Shown: positions 27,185-37,272, counted from the stretch's first letter. The stretch is 64,000 bases of DNA from Candidatus Bathyarchaeia archaeon (GCA_038882975.1 JAVZNE010000001.1:256001-320000); one strand, 5' to 3'. Program-made: numbers and translations. The notes: generated by a model from the letters alone, not told the origin.

Positions 27185-28114
27185 TTAAACTTTGCCCACA
27201 GCTTCTTTAACCATGGCTAAGCGCCTGCAAAAGGCGCAGACTTCGCTGGATGATGGAAAACCGCAAACCTTGCACCTGCCAAGCGTGGGCTTTTCGGCAA
27301 CACTTTCAATTAGTGGCATGATCTCCAAGAATCGGTTTAGGAGTTGATGCCTAAAGTATGGGTTGTCTCTTGACAGAAGCTCTAGAATTTTTGCTCTTTT
27401 CCGCACACCAGTTCCAGTTGCGTAGGGGCAGTCGATTTGGCGGAAGAGAACATCACAATAAAGGCAGTAGAGCAGGTTCTCGTTTTCAAGACATTTTATT
27501 AAAGGCTTAACCTTTGAGGCCATGCCCTCTGCTAATGGCGGCAGAACTGGTTTAAGCCTAACAAACTGTTCCCATCGCCCATAAAGAAAGTTGTTAAACA
27601 ATACGCCGGCAACATCCTCCAAGTTATGGCCTGTTGCCAAAACCCGAACTTGGGCTTTGATGGCTAGCTCTTCGAAGATGTGGCGCTTAATTGTCCCACA
27701 AGCAGAACATACTTTTCCCTTGAAGGGCGTTTTCTTAAAGTCTCCTATGCTTATGCCAAGCTCCTCTGATAAATTGTAAACGTGCAACTCAACATCCAAC
27801 ATGCTGGCAAGCTTTTCCACCTTTTCTTGGCAGTGAGTCGAATATTCTGGTATGCCCAAGTTTACGTGTAGGGCTTTAAGCCTAAGCCTTGGGTAAGCTT
27901 GCCGCAGAACGTGCAAAAGTGCGGCGCTGTCCTTCCCGCCTGAAACTGCAACCCCGACAGCGTCATCCTCCCGGAACATTTTAAATTCTTCAACAGTTTT
28001 CCGCACTCTGGCTTTATAGAAATCCGTGAAGCAGTTTGGGCAGAGGTTTAGCTTGGCGTAGGGAATTTGCACTTCAGCGTTTGCTGAACGGCACTTGCTG
28101 CAAATCAAAGGCAT
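27185..28114 (-). CDS. ttuA: tRNA 2-thiouridine synthetase, TtuA/NcsA family
   Basis: Zinc fingers at both ends, PP-loop SGGKDS, CSAC, TGHN.ED, CPY; start taken at MPLICSKC. Confidence 0.85.
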   Translation of the reverse strand: MPLICSKCRSANAEVQIPYAKLNLCPNCFTDFYKARVRKTVEEFKMFREDDAVGVAVSGGKDSAALLHVLRQAYPRLRLKALHVNLGIPEYSTHCQEKVEKLASMLDVELHVYNLSEELGISIGDFKKTPFKGKVCSACGTIKRHIFEELAIKAQVRVLATGHNLEDVAGVLFNNFLYGRWEQFVRLKPVLPPLAEGMASKVKPLIKCLENENLLYCLYCDVLFRQIDCPYATGTGVRKRAKILELLSRDNPYFRHQLLNRFLEIMPLIESVAEKPTLGRCKVCGFPSSSEVCAFCRRLAMVKEAVGKV

Positions 28115-28194
28115 GGCAACCACTAACCCAATAAACAGCGCGAAAACAATAGTCAAACGGTTTTATGGTTTAGAAAAAGGTTTGGGTGGTTTTG

Positions 28195-29853
28195 TTAGAA
28201 TTCTTCGCTTTCGGTTTCGCTTGGAGGCTTTTCTTTCTCCTTTTCTTCTTTCGGTTTTGATGCAGCTATGACGTCGTCTATGCGGAGTATCATTGAGGCT
28301 GATTCTGTGGCTGATTTTACCGCTTGCTCCTTTACTATTGCTGGTTCCACTACGCCGTTGTTGTACATGTCTTCGACTTTTCCTGTGAATACGTTTACGC
28401 CCATTGGGTGGCCGTCGGTTTTTTCGTGGGCAGCCCTAAGCTCAACTATTATGTCTATTGGTTCTAGCCCAGCGTTTTCAGCCAGCGTCCGCGGTATCAC
28501 TTCTATGGCGTCTGCGAAGGCTTCTATGGCTAGTTGTTCTCTTCCGCCAACTTTAGCCGCATAATCCCTAAGCTCTTTGGCTATTTCAACTTCTACTGAG
28601 CCGCCTCCAGCCACGATTTTGTTGTGTTCTACTACGTCTGAAACCACTGAAAGGGCGTCTGTCATGGCTCGTTCCGCCTCATCCACCATTCTTTCAAGTC
28701 CAGCCCTGATGAGAATGCCAACGGAGCGGGGGTTCTTGCAGTCTTCAACGAATATCATTTTGTCTTCGCCGATTTTTCGCTCTTCCACAACGCCAGCGGC
28801 GCCCAAATCTTGGGATGTCAAGTCGTCCAAGTCGGTGACTATCCTTCCGCCAGTGGCTCTTGCCAGCTTTTCCATGTCAGACTGTTTAACTCGCCTGGCG
28901 GCTAGTATGCCCTCTTTGGCTAGGAAGTGCTGTGCCATGTCGTCGATGCCTTTTTGACAGAAGACAACATTGGCGCCTACAGCCTTAATCTTTTCAACCA
29001 TCTCCTTGAGCATTTGGGTTTCCTGGTCTAGGAAGGCTTTCATCTGGGACGGGTCTTTTATGCGTATTTCAGCGCTGAACTCTGTCTTCTCAATTTCTAG
29101 TGGGCAGTCCAATAGCGCGATTTTGGCGTTTTCAATTTTTTTCGGCATTCCTGGGTGGACAACTTCCTTGTCTATTATTACGCCCCTCACCAGCTGGGAT
29201 TCAAAAAGCCCCTTGCCAGTCTTCTTAATTATCTGGATGTTGTCTATGTCTGCAACAAGCCTATCGCCCCTCTTCTCAACAATCTGTTTTACGGCGTCTA
29301 TGGCTATTTCAGCCAAGTGTTCCTTGGCTGGACCCACGGCTTTGCTCGCCATGGACGTCAGAGCCACTTTGCGGAGCGTTGCACGGTCTTCTATGTCCAC
29401 TGGCTTGGCAATGCGGTTTATCACTTCAACAGCTTTCTGGGCGGCTTTCCGATAGCCACTGACAATTATTGTTGGGTGGATGTTCTGGTCTAAGAGCTCC
29501 TCAGCCTTTTTCAATAGTTCTCCAGCCAAAACAACGGCTGTTGTTGTTCCGTCGCCCACCATGTCGTCCTGGGTTTTGGCAACTTCAACCATCATTTTTG
29601 CAGCCGGATGCTCCACTTCAATTTCGTCCAAGATTGCGGCGCCATCATTCGTTATTGTTATGTCGCCAAGACTGTCAATAAGCATCTTATCCATTCCGCG
29701 GGGTCCAAGCGTTGTTTTAAGGACTTCGCCTATGATGCGGGCTGCCATAATATTGTTTCTTTGAGCCTCCCTTCCTCGGCTCCGGGCTGTACCCTCTTTT
29801 AGGATTAGTACGGGCTGACCTGAAGCTGTTGTTGTTAAGTAAGCCATATTCAT
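28195..29853 (-). CDS. ths: Thermosome (group II chaperonin) subunit
   Basis: [26 protein letters not shown]; SD GGAGG before ATG at 29853. Confidence 0.97.
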   Translation of the reverse strand: MNMAYLTTTASGQPVLILKEGTARSRGREAQRNNIMAARIIGEVLKTTLGPRGMDKMLIDSLGDITITNDGAAILDEIEVEHPAAKMMVEVAKTQDDMVGDGTTTAVVLAGELLKKAEELLDQNIHPTIIVSGYRKAAQKAVEVINRIAKPVDIEDRATLRKVALTSMASKAVGPAKEHLAEIAIDAVKQIVEKRGDRLVADIDNIQIIKKTGKGLFESQLVRGVIIDKEVVHPGMPKKIENAKIALLDCPLEIEKTEFSAEIRIKDPSQMKAFLDQETQMLKEMVEKIKAVGANVVFCQKGIDDMAQHFLAKEGILAARRVKQSDMEKLARATGGRIVTDLDDLTSQDLGAAGVVEERKIGEDKMIFVEDCKNPRSVGILIRAGLERMVDEAERAMTDALSVVSDVVEHNKIVAGGGSVEVEIAKELRDYAAKVGGREQLAIEAFADAIEVIPRTLAENAGLEPIDIIVELRAAHEKTDGHPMGVNVFTGKVEDMYNNGVVEPAIVKEQAVKSATESASMILRIDDVIAASKPKEEKEKEKPPSETESEEF

Positions 29854-29958
29854 CTTTCCTCCAATCAATGTTAAAATGGTTTCGTGGTTAAGCAAAAATG
29901 CGGTAAAATATAAACTTTTCCAAACAAAGGCTGGAGTTTAACCTAACACTTGTGCGGC

Positions 29959-30513
29959 TTAAGCCATGTGCTCAAGGAGGATTTTTAGGCCTATGGCTAT
30001 TAGGATTAGTCCGCCTAAAACTTCAATTTTGTCTGGTAAGGTTTTTCCAAGTTTGTCTCCTATGGTTGCGCCCATAAAGGATAATGTGAAGGTTATTGTG
30101 CCTATGATTGCTATTGGCATAGTTATGGAGATTTTTAGGAAGGCGAAGCTTAAGCCCACTGCCATGGCGTCTATGCTTGTGGCAACAGACAACAACAAAA
30201 GTGTTGGAAAGTTGAGTTTTCTACTTCTCGGCTGGTGGTTAGCGATTACTGCTTCATAAATCATTTTGCATCCAATTAAGGCTAAAAGCCCAAACGCAAG
30301 CCAGTGGTCAAAACCGGCTATAAGCCCTAGGATTTCAACGCCCATCAGCCATCCTATTACTGGCATAAAGGCTTGGAAAGCCCCAAAAGATGAAGCCATT
30401 TTTAAGGCGTTGGCTTTTCCGTTGCCTTTGGCTGTTATGCCGTAGGCTATGGAGACGCTGAAGGCGTCCATTGCAAGTCCAACGGCTATGACAAGTATTG
30501 TGGCAATGTCCAA
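29959..30513 (-). CDS. mntP: Manganese efflux pump MntP family
   Basis: LAMDAFSVS, FQAFMP..G, DHW, ATSIDAMAVG. Confidence 0.9.
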   Translation of the reverse strand: MDIATILVIAVGLAMDAFSVSIAYGITAKGNGKANALKMASSFGAFQAFMPVIGWLMGVEILGLIAGFDHWLAFGLLALIGCKMIYEAVIANHQPRSRKLNFPTLLLLSVATSIDAMAVGLSFAFLKISITMPIAIIGTITFTLSFMGATIGDKLGKTLPDKIEVLGGLILIAIGLKILLEHMA

Positions 30514-30615
30514 TGGTGTGCACTTTAATGGGTGTTTTGCCTATAAAAGGGGTTTCTGCCTTGGGAAAAGCTTTTCCATATGTCTTGTATTCCATTTTTG
30601 ATGGTGAAAACTCTC

Positions 30616-30909
30616 TTGAAGGTTTCGGTGCGCTTCTTCACGGTGCTTCGGGAAATCACAGGAAAACGCGAGGAAACGCTGGAGTTTCCAGATGGCGAGA
30701 ACATTACAGTAGAGAAGGTGCTCGGAAAATTGGCAGAGCGCTATGGGAAAGATTTTGTTGAATATGTTTATGACAGTAAGACTGGCGATGTGAAGGGTTT
30801 TCTCCAATTCCTAATAAATGGGAGAAGCGCCTCAACCCTTAAAGGGCTGAAGACGGAACTGGCTGACGGCGACGTTTTAGCGATAATACCACCAGTGGGC
30901 GGCGGCTAA
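30616..30909 (+). CDS. MoaD/ThiS-family ubiquitin-like protein (SAMP-like)
   Basis: VRFF..LREITG...LADGDVLAIIPPVGGG C-terminal Gly-Gly; TTG at 30616 after GGTGA. Confidence 0.9.
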   Translation: MKVSVRFFTVLREITGKREETLEFPDGENITVEKVLGKLAERYGKDFVEYVYDSKTGDVKGFLQFLINGRSASTLKGLKTELADGDVLAIIPPVGGG

Positions 30910-30923
30910 AAGGAAGGCTGTTC

Positions 30924-31025
30924 GGTCAATTTTAGGCTGTGGGGTTTTGCTAAATTGGATACCCCTCTCTAGGTTTTTGGCTTTCCCACAAGCCAATAGT
31001 GGACTCTCCCCTCTAGATTTTTAGG
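30924..31025. repeat. Dispersed repeat copy 2 (two CCCTCTCTAG-type motifs)
   Basis: GGTCAATTTTAGG...TAAATTGGATACCCCTCTCTAGGTTTTT...GCCAATAGTG aligns with 7445-7552. Confidence 0.7.
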
Positions 31026-31056
31026 TCTGATAAGCAATAGTTTTCTTGAGCCAGCA

Positions 31057-32172
31057 ATGGGTAAATGCCGAGTCTGCGGTGAAAATTCGCCTTTAATATC
31101 TGGGAATTTGGGCGTCTGCCTAAAATGTATTAGGAAAAAACCGGAAAAAGCCCTAGAAGTCGCAAGGGAAGCCCATGCAAATAGCCGTACCGTTTATGGT
31201 TTGCCCCCAGAACCACCAAGAGATGAGGGTGGACTGCCATGCGGTGTTTGCGCCAACAACTGCATTATAGGTGGGGGTAATAGTGGCTTTTGTGGGCTTG
31301 TTTGGAATGTTGGAGGTCGCCTCATCCGTTTCGGCGGAACAGCCGAGCAAGGTGTCTTGGAATGGTATTATGATGGGTTGCCCACCAACTGTGTGAGCTG
31401 GTGGTTTTGTCCCGGCTGCACTGGCAATGGTTATCCAAAATACGCTTACAAGCCGGAACCAGAATATGGCTATTACAATTTGGCTGTTTTTTACGGCGCA
31501 TGCAGTTATGACTGCCTCTTCTGCCAGAACTGGCATTATCGCAATCTCTCAGCCAAACACAAGCCAGTTATGAGCGCCGAAGCCCTAGCCCAAAAAGCCT
31601 TCGACAAAAGGGTTTCATGCATATGCTATTTTGGCGGAGACCCTTCGCCCCAGATGCCGCACTCGTTAGAGGCAAGCCGCATAGCCCTAGAAAAAGCCGA
31701 AGAGGAAAAGCGAATAATGCGAGTTTGCTGGGAAACCAACGGCTACATGAACCCAAAACTGGCGGAGAAAGCCGCAGAACTAGCCCTAAAAAGCGGGGGC
31801 AACATAAAATTCGACTTAAAAGTGTGGAGTGAGCCACTAGCCATAGCCCTATGTGGAGTATCCAACAAACCATCCCTAGAAAACTTCAAAATGATAGGCG
31901 AAAAATACTATGCGAAACGCCCAGAACTGCCAGTCCTAACAGCAAGCACACTGCTTGCGCCGGGATACGTGGACGCAGAAGAAGTCGAAAAAATAGCCCA
32001 ATTCATAAGCCAAATAAACCCAGAAATCCCATACACGCTTCTGGCGTTTTACCCATGCTACGTCATGAACGACTTGCCAACCACAAGCAGAAAACAAGCA
32101 ACAGAATGCCAAAAAGCAGCCCAAAAACACCTAAAAAATACAAGAATAGGAAACATACACCTACTATCTTAG
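31057..32172 (+). CDS. Radical SAM protein (PFL-activase-like) with N-terminal Cys clusters
   Basis: CSYDCLFC (CxxxCxxC), FGGDP, WETNG, DLK. Confidence 0.9.
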   Translation: MGKCRVCGENSPLISGNLGVCLKCIRKKPEKALEVAREAHANSRTVYGLPPEPPRDEGGLPCGVCANNCIIGGGNSGFCGLVWNVGGRLIRFGGTAEQGVLEWYYDGLPTNCVSWWFCPGCTGNGYPKYAYKPEPEYGYYNLAVFYGACSYDCLFCQNWHYRNLSAKHKPVMSAEALAQKAFDKRVSCICYFGGDPSPQMPHSLEASRIALEKAEEEKRIMRVCWETNGYMNPKLAEKAAELALKSGGNIKFDLKVWSEPLAIALCGVSNKPSLENFKMIGEKYYAKRPELPVLTASTLLAPGYVDAEEVEKIAQFISQINPEIPYTLLAFYPCYVMNDLPTTSRKQATECQKAAQKHLKNTRIGNIHLLS

Positions 32173-33266
32173 ATAAACTCCGACAATTTTTTCTGACTTT
32201 CAGGTATAGTCTCACCTCGTATTGGCTTTGGTCTTCCGATCCTTCTCTTTTCTTTTTTCAATAGAGATATACATCTCCTTGCAAGCTTTCGACAAATCAC
32301 TTCTTGTATTGGTCTTCTTGTCCGTAAAGTAGGGATAGGAATCTTCCACCAATCAGGTTTATCATATGATTTCCAGCATAATCTTAATTCGTATAACTTT
32401 TCTAAGGCATCTTTTATCCACTTTCTTTTAAGTTGAATTGTTTCCGCATCAAATTTGTGCCAAGATGGGAAAAACGCTTTTGCCCGCTCATATATCATGT
32501 CTACATGAATATCATAAAGTTTCTTTTCGGGATCACTTTGAAATGTAGGGAAAATGTTTTGTATTAAAATGTGGATGGTATATTGCACAGGCGGTGTTTC
32601 CTTTATAAACGTAAATAGGAAGCGGAGGTAAGTTAGAACTTCTTCTGGAAAAATTAAACCTAATGGTTGGCTTATCAGATTTTGAAGTTTTTCGTTGCGT
32701 GTCTTTCCATAAACACCAAACAATCGCATTTTTTCCTCACGTTCTCCCATTTTGGACGGAGTAATCGTCCACGTCCAAATAGCAAATCCATCTTTGGTTA
32801 AGAAATCATAATCTGGATCTCTAGATACTTTCTGAACAGCTTTAATTACACGCTGGGCATCATCGGGATGGCATATCAAAATCAAATCATGAAAATCTAC
32901 ACTATGAGAAGGAGAGAGCCAGTTTGAACAAGGGACAGTATACTTTTTTAACTCTTTGATTTCTTTCTCCAATAGGGATTCTTGTTGGGGCAAGGACCAT
33001 TTTAACTCAAAAAGCAACCCCTTTCGATCATTATCAAAAGTGGCAACCAAGTCGGGCGTTATGCTTTCTCCTTGATTATTTCTTAACTTATGTTCTATCC
33101 CAATAAATTTTGCAATATCGGGGTTATGGATAAGAAAGTGATAGATTGCACACGAGATAGCAACGGTATCTGAATATCTTCTGTAATCTCTTACGCAATT
33201 CTGCTCGATTTGTCGATGATCGAGCAATGATCTACCCCAAAATACTCGTGATTTCCCCGTCTCCAA
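32169..33266 (-). CDS. PD-(D/E)xK nuclease-domain protein with probable C-terminal wHTH; candidate defence effector
   Basis: ITPDLVATF...LLFELKWSL...ELKKY motif; AT-rich DNA unlike the flanks. Confidence 0.65.
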   Translation of the reverse strand: METGKSRVFWGRSLLDHRQIEQNCVRDYRRYSDTVAISCAIYHFLIHNPDIAKFIGIEHKLRNNQGESITPDLVATFDNDRKGLLFELKWSLPQQESLLEKEIKELKKYTVPCSNWLSPSHSVDFHDLILICHPDDAQRVIKAVQKVSRDPDYDFLTKDGFAIWTWTITPSKMGEREEKMRLFGVYGKTRNEKLQNLISQPLGLIFPEEVLTYLRFLFTFIKETPPVQYTIHILIQNIFPTFQSDPEKKLYDIHVDMIYERAKAFFPSWHKFDAETIQLKRKWIKDALEKLYELRLCWKSYDKPDWWKIPIPTLRTRRPIQEVICRKLARRCISLLKKEKRRIGRPKPIRGETIPESQKKLSEFI

Positions 33267-34326
33267 GGATTTCTTGAATTCTATTTGTTAGCTTCCACGT
33301 GGCTTGAGAAGTCCCTTTTGTGATGGGTGTTATCGTGACAGATTTTCCGAGGGCTGTTACTCCGAAAGATGAGCCTTCTTGGTAATCGCATAATATCGCA
33401 ACAAAGTATGGATTTCCGCCGTGTATAATCGAACATGAATATATTTTACTGATTTTTTTTGCCAGTCTTTGAAGTTGTACTTCATCCAATTCAAACGGAT
33501 ATTCTATACGAAGCGGTCTGATTAGTATTTTTCCTTCTTGTATTATTCGCTCTCGATGCCCATAGAAATTTTTCCATTTTAAGCCAAGTTCAAGTGCGTT
33601 TTGAATAACATTTTTGTAGAAAGCGGAAAAGCTTCCAAACCTTAACTTACAGACCCCTCTCCGAGAAATTTGGGCTTGAAGAAGAACGATACCTTCTTTA
33701 TTTTTAACTTCAAAGTTAACCATGTCAACAATTACTCGATAAATCTCTGACTGTTTTCTCAGCTCTTCCTCAGCATTTTCTTCCCATAATTGAACGGTTC
33801 CTTTTAGTTCCCTTTTGTGCTGCTCACGATAACTTTCTGGATATTTGGGGGCTCTTTTTATAATAAAAAATGTTAACGTTGTCTGCCCTTTATAAGCTTC
33901 TTTTATTCGGTTTAGTAAGGTCTGCAGCTTAAAGTAATTAAGATATAATCGCGAAATATTTGGGTATAACCCGGTGAATAATCTTTCTAAAGCGCGTTTA
34001 ACGAAATACGATTGCTCATTGCAAAAAATTACCCACATGTTTTTAAAACTTGTATCAATAAGGGCACATCCTGAGACGATCTCTCTCCAAACAAGTCTTT
34101 TAATGTTTAATCTGTATAAGTTATCGTCAAGTCTGGTTAAATTGACATTATAAAGCTTTGCTAACTTTTTCCTCCTTTGCACGCAATCTTTTAACTCTTC
34201 CGGTTCGATCTCCGAGAACAAAAGTATCGCTTTAAGCGAAGGACGCTTTTGCCTTGTGGCGTATAGTTTCTCAAAGAAAATATTCATGTCAAAACGGCTC
34301 GAGATTTGACTTGTCAACCTCTCCAA
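33232..34326 (-). CDS. Hypothetical protein, operon partner of the nuclease
   Basis: 364 aa, overlaps the downstream gene, AT-rich; C-terminal HGGNPYF...DYQEGSSF...ITP block; TATA box TTATATAAG at 34348-34356. Confidence 0.65.
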   Translation of the reverse strand: MERLTSQISSRFDMNIFFEKLYATRQKRPSLKAILLFSEIEPEELKDCVQRRKKLAKLYNVNLTRLDDNLYRLNIKRLVWREIVSGCALIDTSFKNMWVIFCNEQSYFVKRALERLFTGLYPNISRLYLNYFKLQTLLNRIKEAYKGQTTLTFFIIKRAPKYPESYREQHKRELKGTVQLWEENAEEELRKQSEIYRVIVDMVNFEVKNKEGIVLLQAQISRRGVCKLRFGSFSAFYKNVIQNALELGLKWKNFYGHRERIIQEGKILIRPLRIEYPFELDEVQLQRLAKKISKIYSCSIIHGGNPYFVAILCDYQEGSSFGVTALGKSVTITPITKGTSQATWKLTNRIQEILGDGEITSILG

Positions 34327-34443
34327 TGTATTTCCCCAGACAGCCCGTTATATAAGTGCATAATTAATCTTAATAAATTCAATGCTACAATTACACAAAA
34401 ACTTTGCGCCTGCCACATTTGTATGACGTTTGTTCAAACGAAT

Positions 34444-34632
34444 TTATAGATGATCCCGCTTTATTTTCAGATCTTTTTCCCATTCTTCTGCGTTTTCAAA
34501 CCATAGTTCGAAGGCTTCTTGGAAGTTCTTTAATGCTTCGTCGATGGTTTTGCCTTGGCTGGCAACTCCTGTAACTGGGTCGATGGCAACATACCATTCG
34601 TCCTCTTTATGTATAGCAACACTAACCCTCAT
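34444..34632 (-). CDS. hicB: HicB-family antitoxin domain, orphan
   Basis: WYVA.DP.TGVASQGKTIDEALKNFQEAFELW; no hicA adjacent. Confidence 0.8.
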   Translation of the reverse strand: MRVSVAIHKEDEWYVAIDPVTGVASQGKTIDEALKNFQEAFELWFENAEEWEKDLKIKRDHL

Positions 34633-34685
34633 AATAGACGACCAAATACATTATATGTTGTGAATCGTATTAACATTTCACAAAC

Positions 34686-35366
34686 TTAAGATAAAGGATA
34701 ATCGATGTGGTATATTTTGCCTTTTCCATTGTCATAGAGCTTAGTGAAATAGGCTGGATGCAGTTCCTCGTCAAATATTAGCCTTAACAGCGTCGTTTGG
34801 CAGCCGAGAGGTGTTGGTTGATACTGGTTGTCTGTGTAAATTAGATAGTCTGTGGCGTTGTAGCCTGCGATGTGGGCTATCCAATAGTACTTTTGCAGCT
34901 CGTCTGGAACGAAGACTAAGACGTATGCAACATTGTATTGTCTCATTAGTTGCAGGGACTGCTGTTCTGGGAGCATAAACATGGTGGCTATATCACAGAT
35001 CTTCTCGTGGGAGCCCCATTTCCCGAAAATTTGGGCTTCAAAGCTGTGCAGCGGGTCTCTGCTAACGCCAAGAGTGTACCATATTTCCCTTGAGGGGTAA
35101 GCCTCTATAACCTCCCTGTGGCTCCATTCGCGCACTGCCCTGCCGTAATCCCACCAGCAAAGCACCACAGAGCCTTGAGGCGTAAGCTCCTCAAGTTTGG
35201 CAAAGGCATCCGGCATCCCCTCCTGCTTAGAAAAGTATTCGAGAACTTCGTCCTCTCTCCTGCCATAGTCTATTCTAAAAGCTATAAAAACCAGAGAAAC
35301 GGCAATCACAACGACTAGTAGGGCGATGAACCATTTGCTCCTCCAAAACTTTGCAACCATAGGCAT
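34686..35366 (-). CDS. Membrane-anchored stand-alone STT3/AglB C-terminal core domain
   Basis: Single TM, then VLCWWDYG, YNVAYVLVF, ELQKYYWIAHIAG (DK-motif-like), QTTLLRL. Confidence 0.8.
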   Translation of the reverse strand: MPMVAKFWRSKWFIALLVVVIAVSLVFIAFRIDYGRREDEVLEYFSKQEGMPDAFAKLEELTPQGSVVLCWWDYGRAVREWSHREVIEAYPSREIWYTLGVSRDPLHSFEAQIFGKWGSHEKICDIATMFMLPEQQSLQLMRQYNVAYVLVFVPDELQKYYWIAHIAGYNATDYLIYTDNQYQPTPLGCQTTLLRLIFDEELHPAYFTKLYDNGKGKIYHIDYPLS

Positions 35367-35403
35367 CTCTCTAAAATGGTGGGAGATAAAATCTATTAAG
35401 GTT

Positions 35404-37185
35404 TTATGCCGCCCAGAAGGGCACTTTCTTCCGCATTAGGCTGACATACTCATTTAGGGCTTCCTGCTCGTCCGGAGTTAGCTTGTCCATAAAGTTTTTC
35501 AGCAGTGCTTTGGCGTGTTGTTCTGGCACCTTCACATAGAGAACATCCTTCTCGAATATGTGTCTTCCAACCATGGGCTTGTCTAGGCTTATGGCTACCT
35601 GCATACCCTGCCTAGCCTCTGGTAGGGCTTTGCCCTTCTCTTGGATTTGTTGTATTTCGCCCACCTCTTCGCCGTCTTCAGCCCTTATTAGGCTTGTTTT
35701 GGGCTTTATTCTTCCAGCCAAGACTTCAACGCCCACTATGGCTGGTTTGGCTCTTCTGAAAACGTAGCCCTCTAAAATCCGGATTTTGCCTGGCTTGACC
35801 AGTTTTTCGAATTCGGCTTCAATTTTGGCTTCTCTTTGGGTTTTAAGCCAAGAAAGATAGTTGTCTATCAAGTGGTAGATTATTTTTTCCTTAAAGATTT
35901 GGACGCCAATGTTTTTGGCTTCTTCATTGGCGTCTGGCAAAATTTTAACGTTGAAAGCTAAAATGGCTCCGTAGAAGGGCTCATGCTCCTTCACAATAGC
36001 AGCCTCTGTAACGTCCCGTTTTGAAACGTCGCCAACATCCGCCAAGCGAATGGGCACACCGTTCCGCCTAAGGTTTTCCGCTATAGCCTCTAAAGAGCCC
36101 AAAGTGTCAGCCTTCAAAACAACGCCATCCACATCCGTCGTAATCCTAATCCTCTCAATTTCTTCAGAGACAAGCCTAACATACCTTTCAGGGTTTTCGC
36201 CATCCCCAACAGCATATAAGGGCGCGCCAGCCAAGGCGCCCTCCAAGTCTGGGGCAACAATTTTAACGCCAGCCGCAGCGGAAACGGAATCCACAGAGGA
36301 AAATTTGTCCCGTGGGTCTCTAATCTCGTCTAGAGGCTTTGGTACTAGGATGGCTCTAACCCGTGTTGTTATGGGCTTCTCCTTACCGCCAACAACTATC
36401 AGGTCGTCTTTCCGCAGTGTTCCGTCATAAATTATTGTGTTGAGCGTTAAGCCAAGACCAGGCTCCTCTTTAACTTCGAGAACCGTGCCTTTAGCTGGTC
36501 CAACTGTGGTTTGTAAACGCTTCTTTAGGTACTGCTGAGTTAAGCCTACAAGAACTGCTAAAAGCTCTGTTATGCCCTCGCCTGTTTTGGCGCTTGTAGG
36601 CACAATAGCCACTGTCCGCGTGAAGTCCTTTATGCGGTCGAAGCGGTCAGCCCTAAAACCCAAACGCGAAAAAGTGCCAATAATCTCGTAAAGGCGGTTG
36701 TCCAAATCCTCCTGCACATACTTGTCCTGAAGCTGGTAAGCCTTCAAAAAGGGCGTATCCGGATAAGAGTTCCAGCCAGGTATGCGGTCAATTTTGTTGG
36801 CAGCCACGAGGAAAGGCGTCTTCCGAGCCTTCAAAATCTCAATACACTCATAAGTTTGAGCCTCAAAACCCCGAAGAACATCAATGACAAGGATGGCGAT
36901 ATCAGCTACGCTGCCGCCCCGCTTACGGAGATTAGTGAAAGCCTCATGCCCCGGAGTATCAATAACCAGCAAGCCCGGAATCTCAATCTCACCCTTAATG
37001 GTTGAAAGCAATGGACCAATCATCTGCTTCAAGGTTTCAACTGGAAAGAAGCTGGCGCCAATATGTTGTGTTATGCCCCCAACCTCGCGGGCTTGAACAC
37101 TTGTCTTGCGAATCTTATCCAAAAGAAGAGTCTTACCAGTATCCACATGTCCAAGAACACAGACAATAGGCTGGCGAAGCGACAT
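35404..37185 (-). CDS. infB: Translation initiation factor aIF5B (IF-2)
   Basis: RQPIVCVLGHVDTGKT, GGITQHIGA, DTPGH, NKID, KADTLGSLEA. Confidence 0.97.
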   Translation of the reverse strand: MSLRQPIVCVLGHVDTGKTLLLDKIRKTSVQAREVGGITQHIGASFFPVETLKQMIGPLLSTIKGEIEIPGLLVIDTPGHEAFTNLRKRGGSVADIAILVIDVLRGFEAQTYECIEILKARKTPFLVAANKIDRIPGWNSYPDTPFLKAYQLQDKYVQEDLDNRLYEIIGTFSRLGFRADRFDRIKDFTRTVAIVPTSAKTGEGITELLAVLVGLTQQYLKKRLQTTVGPAKGTVLEVKEEPGLGLTLNTIIYDGTLRKDDLIVVGGKEKPITTRVRAILVPKPLDEIRDPRDKFSSVDSVSAAAGVKIVAPDLEGALAGAPLYAVGDGENPERYVRLVSEEIERIRITTDVDGVVLKADTLGSLEAIAENLRRNGVPIRLADVGDVSKRDVTEAAIVKEHEPFYGAILAFNVKILPDANEEAKNIGVQIFKEKIIYHLIDNYLSWLKTQREAKIEAEFEKLVKPGKIRILEGYVFRRAKPAIVGVEVLAGRIKPKTSLIRAEDGEEVGEIQQIQEKGKALPEARQGMQVAISLDKPMVGRHIFEKDVLYVKVPEQHAKALLKNFMDKLTPDEQEALNEYVSLMRKKVPFWAA

Positions 37186-37272
37186 GATTCTTCCCTAGGC
37201 AGATAACAGATTGCAACCATCCACCAAACTAATAAGCTATCCCTTTAAATAAATGCTGTTTTAATGGCTGGA

